Positions 49,309 through 59,550 of a stretch of DNA of 64,000 nucleotides are shown piece after piece (positions within the stretch are counted from its first letter, which is position 1; the number at the start of each line of letters is the position of its first letter). Made by a program: the position numbers and the translations under genes. The DNA is from Candidatus Omnitrophota bacterium. GTDB lineage: Bacteria; Omnitrophota; Gorgyraeia; B26-G9. The notes beneath the pieces are model-generated. The model was not told the DNA's origin, did not search any database, and was given only the letters and a program-made list of their open reading frames with translations. The stretch spans positions 34,471 through 98,470 of the forward strand of contig JBDRJV010000013.1 in NCBI GenBank assembly GCA_043814605.1, given 5' to 3'.

Positions 49309-50089
49309 TAGTAATGATTTTCCATCGTTTATTGATAGAGCCTTTGCGAGAATCCGATAAAGAAATAAGCGAAGTATTCTTCACGCATTTTTCTATCGGT
49401 TTTAGCATATTGTCTGAAACGCCAGCCAGCTCGAGATTAAAACCAATTGCCTTTTTCGTTTTAACTGCCGAGAATTTAATAGTATATTCAATCAGCTTTT
49501 TTATATCGCATTTCTTTTCTGAGACAAATCGCCTTAAGATTTCACCAGCTGCTTTTATACCGCCAACAGGGCGATTAAAATAAATAAGATCGATCAAAGT
49601 CCTCTCTTTTGAGCTGACAATTATTTCTTTTCCCTTTATGTTTATTTTTTCTAAACCATAAAACCTGTTTGATGGTATTTTTACAAATTTAAATGATACC
49701 CCCGCTATCGTTTTTTTCATACAACGAGTGGTATTAAGAACATAAACTATCTGAAACTGCTGATCAGTAAAACCATAATAATTAAACATAGTTGAATAAC
49801 CGATATAATAATTATCCTTTGGGAAGAATATTGGCGGGATTAAAAATTCACTCACTCTTCGGCCGGTTGGCACAGACTCTAAAGGCACATAGATATAAAC
49901 TCCCCTTTTAACGGGTTTCAAGATTCCCTTCTTTTTCAGATTATAAACCAGCTGCTTTCGATAAGAAAAATCCCCAGGCAAAAAGGAATCCAGCTCTTGC
50001 GCCGTTACAATATCCTTCTCCTCATAAGAGAGCCGGGCAACAATTTCAGCCTCTTTTTGGTTCAAAGCACTTATTGTATTTTTCTTCAT
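49298..50089 (-). CDS. AbiEi-family antitoxin/transcriptional regulator
   Basis: Position, 11-nt overlap with AbiEii, ~260 aa size, N-terminal wHTH-like region. Confidence 0.6.
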   Translation of the reverse strand: MKKNTISALNQKEAEIVARLSYEEKDIVTAQELDSFLPGDFSYRKQLVYNLKKKGILKPVKRGVYIYVPLESVPTGRRVSEFLIPPIFFPKDNYYIGYSTMFNYYGFTDQQFQIVYVLNTTRCMKKTIAGVSFKFVKIPSNRFYGLEKINIKGKEIIVSSKERTLIDLIYFNRPVGGIKAAGEILRRFVSEKKCDIKKLIEYTIKFSAVKTKKAIGFNLELAGVSDNMLKPIEKCVKNTSLISLSDSRKGSINKRWKIITNDT

Positions 50090-50330
50090 AATAAGTAACT
50101 CCTACGGTTACCTTTGTATAACATTTATACATAAGCTAGAATACCATATTTTTGGTTATTGTCAATACTATTATTTAAGCCTGAATTCCATATTTTCATT
50201 TTCGAAAATACCTTCAGAAGGGATTTACAGGAAGGAAAATTACAACAAAACAACTTAAAAGGCCCTAAAAATACAAAGAGCGAACAACGCAATGAAGCAT
50301 TATTCGCTCAGAGTATGAATTGGCTCCCCT

Positions 50331-50555
50331 ACCCATAGTTTTGATTCTCAAAACAGGCATGGGCACAGGCGCGAGGACTCGGCTACTACACTCCCAACAT
50401 CGTGTTGGTCTATTGCGTAGCCTCCCCTACATTCACTAAATTTGCAGTCCACGCCCAGTACCGTCCCGCCTTGGCGGGACTGGTTCTGGGCTGCAAATTT
50501 GAGCTCCCACTTGGTCGCTCCGTTCACTCCGCTTCGATTCCTAGCCCGGGATGAT
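50331..50555 (-). ncRNA. ~235-nt GC-rich structured repeat element, copy G
   Basis: See 40309..40545; lies between AbiEi promoter region and tRNA-Asn terminator. Confidence 0.4.
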
Positions 50556-50557
50556 GC

Positions 50558-50599
50558 AAAAAAAAATCGGGAGTCCGTTTTGGACTCCCGTATTTTTTT
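50558..50599 (-). terminator. Intrinsic terminator immediately after tRNA-Asn CCA
   Basis: aaaaaaaaa-cgggagtcc-gtttt-ggactcccg-tattttttt. Confidence 0.8.
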
Positions 50600-50640
50600 T
50601 GGCTCCCCCGCGAGGACTCGAACCTCGGACAAATTGGTTA

Positions 50641-51212
50641 CAGGTAATCTCTAAGTTTCCTTAAAGCCTGGACTATCTCATCTCCATATTTGCAAAAGCA
50701 AGTTTAGGAGCTGGGCGCTTCGTACCGCTCTCGCGGAACTACTTCCTTCCGGAATAGTCTCTGCACCTTTCCGCCAAAAAACTTGGCGGACTTGGCTCAG
50801 GATTCCCTTATGGTTTTCTAACTTACCACTTAGGCTTTCCTGAGTTCACCCAGTTTTTCATCTTAATGTTTCCATTAAGCGCTGCTATTTTTGGCATGAA
50901 TTTCTCGATGACAATTAGCACAAACTAATTCACATTTTTCAATTTCATCCTTAACTTTTTTCCAAGAACGAGTATACCCTTTTTGGGATATACCAAAATC
51001 CTTGTCTGATTCGTTAATATGATGAAATTCTAATGCTTCAGGACAATTATTGTAACCGCAAATTTTACATTTTCCGCCTTTATATTCAACAGCTTTAATG
51101 CGTAAATTTTTACGGCGTTTGCGCACAGCTTCGATTAAATAATCTCTTCTATCCGCATATTTCCTTTTGTCCTTAATTAGCGCCAAAAGCACCTCCTTTT
51201 CACACCCTGACT
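50641..51212 (-). mobile_element. Group-I-like intron with HNH homing-endonuclease ORF inserted in tRNA-Asn anticodon loop
   Basis: Exon 1 ends in U, intron ends in G; 3' part has P7-like CAGAGACUA...UAGUUCC and GNRA (GGAA) P8-like hairpin; ORF with RBS inside. Confidence 0.5.
50875..51192 (-). CDS. HNH endonuclease (intron-encoded, GTG start)
   Basis: CKICGYNNCPEALEFHHINE...CANCHREIH. Confidence 0.8.
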   Translation of the reverse strand: MLLALIKDKRKYADRRDYLIEAVRKRRKNLRIKAVEYKGGKCKICGYNNCPEALEFHHINESDKDFGISQKGYTRSWKKVKDEIEKCELVCANCHREIHAKNSSA

Positions 51213-51385
51213 ACAGCCAATCGCTCTACCAACTGAGCTACAGGGGAACCGATAAATCAGCTATTAGCTCATGGCTTATAGCTCATAGATAAAAAGAACA
51301 ATACTTCTAAAAATCATGGGGGAACCTAAAAACAGTCTTAAGTTTTAAGACTTGAGTTTTAAGTTATAAAAAGAACAAATTACAA

Positions 51386-52225
51386 CTATTCTAACTTTTC
51401 ATCAATACTGGGAAGATCGGTCTGCTCATTAGCAGCCTGAGGTTCCGCTTGATTAAGAATCGCAAATAATAATGTTAAAATTACACAGCTGGCAAATACA
51501 CTGAAAAAAGCATTGAGAGTTGATGTTAATAAAATATTTATGATTGATAATCCCCAGCCTTTTACGACATTTCCAACCAACACACCCAAAATATTAACAA
51601 CCAAAGAAAGCCCACCCAGACAAAAGCCTAAAATTATAAATACAAGAACTGCTTTGCCAAAATATTTTTTAATAAGCCCAAAACCTTTTTTTAAAGAATC
51701 GATTGCCTTACCATCTTGAGATACAGCTAAATACTGGCTCATTAATAACGGCATTGCTACAAGAAAAGCTATAATTAAAGTGAGGAATAAAATAATACCG
51801 CCAATAATATTAAAAAATATGTTATTCCCTCCGCCTAAAGCAATAAATATTCCGCTTAAAAATGCACCAATAAACCAAATAATAAGAGAAATCATCGCTC
51901 CCATAATGTTTATTGCCACAAGCCGGGTAAAAAATTTAACACAATTTCCCGGAAACTCATTTAAATCAACATTGTTACCCTTTATCCCGGAAGTACAGGC
52001 CGCAATTATACCGCCTTCCATTAAAAACCAAAGTAACATTAATACTACAAATAATATTAATAATATTCCTGTAATACTGGTTATCTTCTCCGGAGTAGGT
52101 TCAACCCCAATAACCATAAGCAGCCCGGTCGCAGTTACAAAATTAAAGGCAAAGACAACAACCATGACTGAAAGCAAATTTTTTGAAGCTTCCCAACTCT
52201 TTTTAACCATTTCAATTACGCCCAT
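51386..52225 (-). CDS. Polytopic membrane protein, unknown function
   Basis: Multiple TM helices; Gly-rich loops. Confidence 0.4.
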   Translation of the reverse strand: MGVIEMVKKSWEASKNLLSVMVVVFAFNFVTATGLLMVIGVEPTPEKITSITGILLILFVVLMLLWFLMEGGIIAACTSGIKGNNVDLNEFPGNCVKFFTRLVAINIMGAMISLIIWFIGAFLSGIFIALGGGNNIFFNIIGGIILFLTLIIAFLVAMPLLMSQYLAVSQDGKAIDSLKKGFGLIKKYFGKAVLVFIILGFCLGGLSLVVNILGVLVGNVVKGWGLSIINILLTSTLNAFFSVFASCVILTLLFAILNQAEPQAANEQTDLPSIDEKLE

Positions 52226-52304
52226 AATTTTTCTCCTTTGTCTGCGGTTTATGCAGATTTGCTTAATTAGTAAAAACGAATTGTAGCAAGAATACAGCCC
52301 CTTG

Positions 52305-52910
52305 TCAAGCTCTAACTTCCCTTCTTCCCTCTAAAGCTTCAGAAATTGTCGCCGAATCAATATGCCCAATATTACTGCCCACCGGAATGCCTTGCGCAAT
52401 CCGGGTAATTTTTACATTTAAAGGAGTTAAGATGTGATTTAAATATTGCGCAGTCGTCTGTCCCTCCCGGCCGGAACTTGTGGCAATAATCACTTCTTTT
52501 ATATTATTTTCTTTGATACGCAATATCAGCTTTTTCAAAGGTAAATCATCCGGCCCTGTACCGTCCAAAGGAGATAATTTACCCCAAAGTACATGATATA
52601 ATCCATTATATCTGCCTGTAGTTTCTATGGCAATAACATCTTGCGGGTCTTCAACCACACAAATTACTTTATCTTTTGTTTGAGCATTCTGACAAATAGG
52701 GCAAAGCTTGCTTTCGGCAAAATAATTACAGTGCGCACAACGCTGGGTATTTTCCCGGGCATTAATAATTGCCTCGGCTAAAGCCTTGGCTCTTAAAGGA
52801 GATGTCTTTAATAAATGTAATGCCATTCTTTCTGCTGATTTCGGCCCGATTGTCGGAAGTTTAGCCAATTCTTCAATAAGTTTTTCTAAAAATTTTGTGT
52901 ATCCGCGCAT
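52305..52910 (-). CDS. recR: Recombination protein RecR
   Basis: CxxC...CxxC zinc finger (CAHCNYF...CPIC) + Toprim; 201 aa. Confidence 0.9.
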   Translation of the reverse strand: MRGYTKFLEKLIEELAKLPTIGPKSAERMALHLLKTSPLRAKALAEAIINARENTQRCAHCNYFAESKLCPICQNAQTKDKVICVVEDPQDVIAIETTGRYNGLYHVLWGKLSPLDGTGPDDLPLKKLILRIKENNIKEVIIATSSGREGQTTAQYLNHILTPLNVKITRIAQGIPVGSNIGHIDSATISEALEGRREVRA

Positions 52911-52927
52911 TTTATTTTCGTTGCTGC

Positions 52928-54727
52928 CTACGTAATTATCTTGCCGTTAAACGTATCCATAGCCGATTGAATAAAGCTGTTTATTTCATCAGCATCTTCG
53001 TTAAAATTTTCTTCCGGATCTAAAATGTAGTTTTCGTCATCAAAAGATTCTGCTTGAGAATCATTAACATTAATATTTTCCGGTATTTCCTTGCAATTAA
53101 TTAAATCAAGCTTTATCCCCTTTCCTAATATATCTTCTGTAGATTCCTCAATTATTTTCAGGTTTTGGCTTGCTACTAAATTCTCCCGGTGGAATTCATA
53201 CTCATCTAAAAACCCCACTTCAATAATTCTTCCCCGGACATTTATCGGTTTTCCTTCGGCTAAATACATGCCTAGGCTGATTTTCTTCTTTTTTATAGAT
53301 TTTATTATTTGCGGCCATACTTTATATATTTGATCTAAAGAAATTGTTACCGGAACCGGATTTTTCGGAACATCTAAAACCGTGGTTTTAGACATGTTAT
53401 CTTCTGCTTGCTTGATCCCCTGGGCTGATTGATCCGGATGGATAATTTTAGGTTCAATAATTTTTATTGCTTTGGATTCTTTTGTTAAGCTTGATGGGTT
53501 CGAGTGGTAAGCAGTCACAGAATTTTTCGTATGATTGATTGTTTCTTTTATTTCCGCTGCGCTTTGAGATAAATTGCTTTGTTTTTTTTCTAACTTTTCT
53601 TCAATCATTTGCAGTTTTTTTAATAATACATCTGCAGGCAATAAACAATCCTGCTTGCATAATTTTATTAACGCCATTTCTGTTAATAACCTCGCTAAGC
53701 CCTGTCGTTTTAGGCGTTCCTGAGTCTGTGATAAAACGCTCAAACAATATAATATGTTTTCAATATCAAATTTCTCACTTTGCTTTTTTAAGCGCTCCTT
53801 ATCTTCTTTCGGCCGAGTCACAAGACTCTCACAGCCAGTTTTAATCAGCATCAGCTCTCTAAAATGCTCAATAAATAGAATAATTAATTGCCCCGGATCT
53901 TTTCCTTCTTTAATTAACGCATCTAAAAAAACCAGGTTTTCAGAGATGTGCTCAGAGTCAAGATTATCAGTTATTTTAAAAACTGTTTCGCTGCTCACTA
54001 ACCCCAAAACAGAATTTACTGTTTCCTGGGTAATCTTACCTTTTGCAAAACTGTTCATTTGATCTAGAATTACTTCAGCATCACGCAAGCTTCCATCGGC
54101 ACTTTTTGCAATCGCATATAATGCATTTTCTTCACATTTTATTTTTTCCAACTGGATTAAATTTTTAAGTTTAGCAATAATTCCTGGGGTTGTTATCTTA
54201 CGAAAATCAAATCTTTGACAACGTGAAAGTATTGTGGGTAATACTTTATGCGGTTCTGTTGTCGCAAAAATAAATTTTACATGTGCCGGCGGCTCCTCTA
54301 GAGTCTTGAGTAACGCATTAAAAGCTTCGGTTGTTAGCATATGCACTTCATCAATGATATAAATTTTAAACCGGCTGGCTGTGGGAGAAAATTTTACATT
54401 TTCCCGTAAGGTGCGGATTTCATCAATACCGCGATTAGAAGCACCGTCAATTTCCAAAACATCCAGACTTCTGCCTTCTGTTATCTCTAAACAAGAAATA
54501 CAGCTATGACAAGGTGTTGCGGTTAATCCCTTTTTGCAATTTAGGGCTTTGGCTAAAATTCGTGCTGTAGATGTTTTGCCAATTCCCCGGGGGCCGGAAA
54601 AAAGATAGGCATGGGCTAAATTATCTTGCGTGATTGCATTTTTAAGGGTGGTGGAAATATGCTCCTGATCAACAATTTCATCAAAATCTTTTGGCCGGTA
54701 TTTCCGGGCGTAAGCTAAATGAGACAT
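52928..54727 (-). CDS. dnaX: DNA polymerase III subunit gamma/tau
   Basis: YRPKDFDEIVDQEH, GPRGIGKTSTARILAKALNC, zinc module CHSCISC. Confidence 0.9.
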   Translation of the reverse strand: MSHLAYARKYRPKDFDEIVDQEHISTTLKNAITQDNLAHAYLFSGPRGIGKTSTARILAKALNCKKGLTATPCHSCISCLEITEGRSLDVLEIDGASNRGIDEIRTLRENVKFSPTASRFKIYIIDEVHMLTTEAFNALLKTLEEPPAHVKFIFATTEPHKVLPTILSRCQRFDFRKITTPGIIAKLKNLIQLEKIKCEENALYAIAKSADGSLRDAEVILDQMNSFAKGKITQETVNSVLGLVSSETVFKITDNLDSEHISENLVFLDALIKEGKDPGQLIILFIEHFRELMLIKTGCESLVTRPKEDKERLKKQSEKFDIENILYCLSVLSQTQERLKRQGLARLLTEMALIKLCKQDCLLPADVLLKKLQMIEEKLEKKQSNLSQSAAEIKETINHTKNSVTAYHSNPSSLTKESKAIKIIEPKIIHPDQSAQGIKQAEDNMSKTTVLDVPKNPVPVTISLDQIYKVWPQIIKSIKKKKISLGMYLAEGKPINVRGRIIEVGFLDEYEFHRENLVASQNLKIIEESTEDILGKGIKLDLINCKEIPENINVNDSQAESFDDENYILDPEENFNEDADEINSFIQSAMDTFNGKIIT

Positions 54728-54796
54728 AACTATCCTTTTTAAGTAGCGAGTAGCAAGTAGAGAGTAGCGAGAAAAATACCTTCCCTAATTACTACC

Positions 54797-55747
54797 TTAT
54801 TTATAGGCGAACTTTACAATGTATAAAATATATCCGCTATATAAAACTAAATACATCAGACCTTCAATCTTACTTAAAACAAGATCTTTGTACGTAAATA
54901 ACAATAAAACCACTGAAAACATTATTACCAGAGGCATAGTAACAATTTTTGTCTGCAGATCAATAGTTACCGGATTAATGATTGATGATGCACCTAAAAC
55001 CCACAGCAGATTTAATATGTTTGCACCGATTATATTGCCGGCAGCTAAGTCACCCATTTTTTTTATGCTGGAAATAACCGCAGTAACCAGCTCCGGCAAA
55101 GATGTCCCAACCGCAATCATCGTAACTCCGATGACAATTTCCGGTACTTTTAAAAATTTTGCAATTGCCATTCCTGAAGGAATGATCGCCAACCGTGCAG
55201 ACAAAACCACTCCCGCCGCTCCTAATAAAAATTTTACACCGCTTAATTTTATATTAATTACCTGCTTTATACCAGGTTTATTTTCTTTTCTCGCGCCAAT
55301 TCCCCGGTGTACGACATAGACAAGAAATCCAGAAAAAACACCGCAAAGAATAACCCCATCCAGAAAACTCAATACTCCGTCATACATCAATAAAAAACAA
55401 AAACCGCTAATCATGATTAAAAAAGGTAATTCTTTTCTTACTGTTAAAGCATCAAAATGCACAGCATTAATTAATGCCGCAACTGCTAAAATCAAGCCAA
55501 TATTTGCCAAGCAAGAACCAGTAGCATTGCCCAATGCAATACCAGGAACTTTCATATAGGATGAAAATGCAGAAACTGCAAATTCAGGCATAGTTGTGGC
55601 AAAACTGACAATGGTTAACCCAATAATTGTACGCGGAATATTAAAAAAAAGAGCAATTGATTCCGCAGCAGTTGTAAATAAATCCGCACTTTTTATAATT
55701 ACGATAATCCCTATTACAAGAATAATAATATCTGTATAAATGGTCAA
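54797..55747 (-). CDS. Na+/Ca2+ antiporter, CaCA family
   Basis: Alpha-repeat motifs GNATGSCLANIGL and GNIIGANILNLLWVLG. Confidence 0.8.
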   Translation of the reverse strand: MTIYTDIIILVIGIIVIIKSADLFTTAAESIALFFNIPRTIIGLTIVSFATTMPEFAVSAFSSYMKVPGIALGNATGSCLANIGLILAVAALINAVHFDALTVRKELPFLIMISGFCFLLMYDGVLSFLDGVILCGVFSGFLVYVVHRGIGARKENKPGIKQVINIKLSGVKFLLGAAGVVLSARLAIIPSGMAIAKFLKVPEIVIGVTMIAVGTSLPELVTAVISSIKKMGDLAAGNIIGANILNLLWVLGASSIINPVTIDLQTKIVTMPLVIMFSVVLLLFTYKDLVLSKIEGLMYLVLYSGYILYIVKFAYK

Positions 55748-55969
55748 TAATTTTCCTTTATTTTCTTTCTGGAATGAAAAAAGTAAAAAATCTAAGGAAT
55801 AGTTAATTATGTGATAATATTAGCTCAAAATTTAAATAAAGTCAACCAGCATCAAAATACTTTTGAGTTTAAGTAAAATCTTTTTTTTATTAATTTTATT
55901 TGCCTTCTTGACATTAATATAAGTAGCCGTTATTATAAAGGCAACAAATAAAAGAAAGGGGGAATTATT

Positions 55970-56545
55970 ATGGGTAAGATTTTTAGAAGTGCGGTGTTAA
56001 TAGCAGTGTTTCTTTCTATTGCATCTTTAGCAATAGCCGGAGAAAACTCCAAACCTTTACAATTGTCTTTATTTAGCCCAGTAGCAATTCTTAGTGAAGA
56101 TCAATCAGTGCACGGATTACGTTTGAATTTTATCTATGGGTCAAACCAGGATGTGGTGGGCCTAGATATTGGTCTGGTAAACCGTGTAAATGGCAACCTT
56201 CATGGATATGAATATGGCGCAATAAACTATGTTGAAGGTGATGTTATTGGCGGTCAAAATGGTATTCTCAACTGGGTAAAAGGAAGCGTTAACGGCGGAC
56301 AAGGCGGTTTCGTAAATATCATTGATGGAGATATTAACGGTATCCAAGGCGGAGCAGTAAACTGGGCCAAAGAAGTTTACGGCGCACAGATTGGCGGCGT
56401 AAATATTGCTGATTCAGTCGAAGGCTTTCAGCTCGGGATTGTTAACTGGACCGGAGATTTAGACGGGCTGCAAATCGGGTTAGTTAACGTAGCTACGAGA
56501 AAAGAAATCTTAAAAGGCATGGTTTTTGTTAATGCTGCCTGGTAA
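55970..56545 (+). CDS. Secreted Gly/Asn-rich repeat protein (predicted beta-solenoid)
   Basis: Signal peptide; ~10-11-residue repeats G.VN..G...G (VNGNLHGYEYG, INYVEGDVIGG, ...). Confidence 0.5.
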   Translation: MGKIFRSAVLIAVFLSIASLAIAGENSKPLQLSLFSPVAILSEDQSVHGLRLNFIYGSNQDVVGLDIGLVNRVNGNLHGYEYGAINYVEGDVIGGQNGILNWVKGSVNGGQGGFVNIIDGDINGIQGGAVNWAKEVYGAQIGGVNIADSVEGFQLGIVNWTGDLDGLQIGLVNVATRKEILKGMVFVNAAW

Positions 56546-56815
56546 TTAATACCGTTAGTTTATTATTATAAAAGGGGCCATTTTTTAATAGAATGGTTCC
56601 TTTTTTATCTAACCATTTTTACATACCTGCACAATTCATAATTATATAGCTAAATAATTTGATGACTAATTATGTCATAACTTCTTTTTTTTCAATAAAA
56701 TATGTATATTTATTCCGTCTTTTAAACTAAAATACATAAAAAATTTATAAAAAAATTGTTGATATTTTTTTTTGTTATGTTAAAATTCTTTTATCTTTAA
56801 AAAAAGGAGGGATAT

Positions 56816-56986
56816 TATGAAAATAAATAATAAAACTAAAAATTCAACAAAGTCATCCAGAACTAAATCTGCTACAGACAATTACAATCAGATTAAAGAC
56901 CGCGCCTATTTTATTTGGCTAGAAAAACAATTACCTGAACTAGATTGCTGGTTACAGGCAGAAGCAGAATTCAGTTCAAAAAAATA
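56816..56986 (+). CDS. Unannotated DUF2934-like small protein (56 aa)
   Basis: AAAGGAGGG RBS; IKDRAYFIWLEKQLPELDCWLQAEAEF matches DUF2934 core (RAY.IWE...G.D..DWL.AE). Confidence 0.5.
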
Positions 56987-57348
56987 AATCTTGATAATTT
57001 AAAGAAAAATTAAATTATCTGTAAAATAGGTTTATCTTAAGTTAATTCTTTTCCCTAACTTTTTCTGAATAAAGCAATTAGAGAAAATGCATAATTAGCT
57101 GAAGCATTTGTATTGCCACAGTTAAAAAGTTTAGTATTGTCTATTTCTCCCCTATGTTCAATAAATAATCATTCAAATTTTCTAATCTAATAACAAATAA
57201 TATACTGTAACTAGATTACAAATAGTATCTCGCCATCCCTCTATTTTGTGGGTAATATATGGTTATGTATTAGCAAAAGTTATATTATTATGATATACTT
57301 TTTTGAATTATTTTATTTAGAATATTAATAAAAAATTAGATATTTAAT

Positions 57349-59409
57349 ATGGCACGCATAACAAATCATAACCTGTTGATAAATAAAAAGATAGCAATAT
57401 TTTTAATCCAGGCTATTTTATTAGGAAATATTGCCTTTGTAAAGCCGTCCAGTACTTTGGCTGCAGAAAACCAGAACTGTCTTTCCCCTCAGATTCTTGT
57501 GGGCTCAGAAATTTTAGCTCCAGCTTTTAATAAGCATAATGCGATTATTGATTATATATTTAACCGGGATATTATTCTGGTTAAAGATGTGCCTGATTTT
57601 GTGAATATTTTACAAAACGCACAAATAACAAATAGAGAAAAAATGCACGGTATTATTCAATATTACACAAAAGAGCTTAACATAATTTCAGAAAAATTAT
57701 TTATTCTATCTGACTATGCTCAAGTAAATAATATTAATCTGCCCGATTTCTTTCATAAAATAGGCGTTATTCAAGGGCAAATATCTATGATCAATGAAGC
57801 TTTGCAACAAGCCAAGCAATATACTGACTCTCGAGAATTAGCCAAACTCTTAACCAATATAACCACTTATTTAAACAATCATAAATATAATTATCAGGAT
57901 TTACCCCGGCTTTTATATGAGCACAATAAACTTTTTACAGAACAGGAACAAACACAAAATTTAATCAAAGAAATTTTTGTACGCATTCTTTCTTTAGAAA
58001 CAGTGGAGTTATTTTATTCTATAAGCAGTGATTCTTGCAATCTTAGTGAAACTATTAAAGCAGTTTTTCCTATCTTGGCGGATTTATCTGCTCAAGACAA
58101 TACTACGGATTGGGTAAAACCTCATCTAGACAAAATTGATAAAACCATTACTTTACCCTCAGAACCTGTAATTATTCCGGGGTTTAAAGAAAACTGGATT
58201 GTTTTTATACTTGAGATCGTAAAGAATAGCCTAATGTCAACATTACATACCCCCAATCCACAAATAGAAATTATTCTTGAGCAGGACGATAAAAAAGTTA
58301 CGCTTTCAATTAAAGATAATGGCGCAGGATTTCAAAACCAGGAAATATATTTTGGTAAAAGCACAAAATCCAATTTAAGCCGGGGAATTTTTCTGGCCAC
58401 AATTAAATCATACCTTGAACAAAACTATAACGGGAGCCTTATGATAACTTCATCAAAGAATACAACAAAAGTAAAAATTGAAATTCCTAAATCAAGCTTA
58501 CTCCAAATAAATGAAAATATTCCCCTAAAACAGCTTTCTAAAATTTCTCTTAATACAGAACTCTCTCGGCAATTTGAATATGATGAATTTGGCCAGCCAA
58601 TTATTTATACAATAAAAGATAAAAACAATGGAAATCATAAAGCAAAAATATCCTTTGATTATGAAATTTTTGCAAAAGAAAATGAAAATTACGAGGTATT
58701 AATAACTGGGTATTTAAGGGAATCTCTTGGTTTTCCCGCATTAGCCAATCAGGCCCAAAGCACATCCCCGGTTCTAATATCATTTTTTACGATAAACAAA
58801 TCCGGTATTATCCAGGATGTTACCGAAATTCGTAACGAAATTTTACAAAAAAACGGCATCGCAAATTTTATTAATCAAAAAATCAAAGATATCGCCAGGG
58901 TTTTTACAAAAGCCCATCGACAATCTTTAAATATTATCAACCTTCCCACAATAGAAGCATTATGCACTGTATTATTAAAATACGGAAGGTATTTTCCGGA
59001 AAATAAAATCATTAAAAATCATTTTAGAATATATGATAAAATCTACAACTTAAAAACCGGTAAAATAAATAAAAAAATGGTCGAAGGATATGTAGGTAAA
59101 AATCTTGTTCCAGCTAATGATTTTGAAGAAAATCTCAGAAGAAGTTTTATCCATCGGTTAGCGCAAAGCTTGGAAGAATTAGAAAAATATGGGATAAACA
59201 TAAGCGCACTGCTAGAAATTCAAAACACTCCGATTATAAAACTTTACAAAAAAATGGGGGCGGAAAACATCCGGGTAATTTTTTCCCAAAAAATTAATAC
59301 AAAATATAATAAAATATTTAATAGCATTGAAATTCACGCACAATTAGTATTTACCAAAATCGAGATTGAAAAAAATGGCTATAACTCATTGATTGATCAA
59401 GCGATATAA
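57349..59409 (+). CDS. Large protein with N-terminal signal/anchor and central GHKL (HATPase_c)-like ATP-binding domain
   Basis: KKVTLSIKDNGAGFQNQE...G.G.GLF-like. Confidence 0.45.
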   Translation: MARITNHNLLINKKIAIFLIQAILLGNIAFVKPSSTLAAENQNCLSPQILVGSEILAPAFNKHNAIIDYIFNRDIILVKDVPDFVNILQNAQITNREKMHGIIQYYTKELNIISEKLFILSDYAQVNNINLPDFFHKIGVIQGQISMINEALQQAKQYTDSRELAKLLTNITTYLNNHKYNYQDLPRLLYEHNKLFTEQEQTQNLIKEIFVRILSLETVELFYSISSDSCNLSETIKAVFPILADLSAQDNTTDWVKPHLDKIDKTITLPSEPVIIPGFKENWIVFILEIVKNSLMSTLHTPNPQIEIILEQDDKKVTLSIKDNGAGFQNQEIYFGKSTKSNLSRGIFLATIKSYLEQNYNGSLMITSSKNTTKVKIEIPKSSLLQINENIPLKQLSKISLNTELSRQFEYDEFGQPIIYTIKDKNNGNHKAKISFDYEIFAKENENYEVLITGYLRESLGFPALANQAQSTSPVLISFFTINKSGIIQDVTEIRNEILQKNGIANFINQKIKDIARVFTKAHRQSLNIINLPTIEALCTVLLKYGRYFPENKIIKNHFRIYDKIYNLKTGKINKKMVEGYVGKNLVPANDFEENLRRSFIHRLAQSLEELEKYGINISALLEIQNTPIIKLYKKMGAENIRVIFSQKINTKYNKIFNSIEIHAQLVFTKIEIEKNGYNSLIDQAI

Positions 59410-59550
59410 TTTTTTGTTTGTTATCGTGCGGAATAAATAATATTCAAAGCTAAAACACGCTTATAATATATTATGTTGGTAAAAAAAATAAACATGCACT
59501 TTATCAGTACATGTTTATTTAAATCACAACACTGTTCTTTGATTAATAAA

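Larger units (their letters stand above)
50600..51247 (-). tRNA. tRNA-Asn(GUU), CCA-encoded, split by a 572-nt intron in the anticodon loop (exon 1 51247..51213, exon 2 50640..50600)
   Basis: Joined exons give a 76-nt cloverleaf UCCCCUG-UA-GCUC-AGUUGGUA-GAGC-G-AUUGG-CUGUUAA-CCAAU-UUGUC-CGAGG-UUCGAGU-CCUCG-CGGGGGA-G-CCA; every stem pairs and it closely resembles E. coli tRNA-Asn. Confidence 0.8.

Noticed and set aside
50600-50875. Considered whether the GC-rich structured stretch ending in a tRNA-like T-arm/CCA was a tmRNA (ssrA)
   Set aside because: No 5' GGGG...acceptor partner and no plausible tag reading frame ending in AA-stop. The tRNA-like end instead pairs perfectly with a 5' half located beyond the HNH ORF, giving an intron-containing tRNA-Asn.
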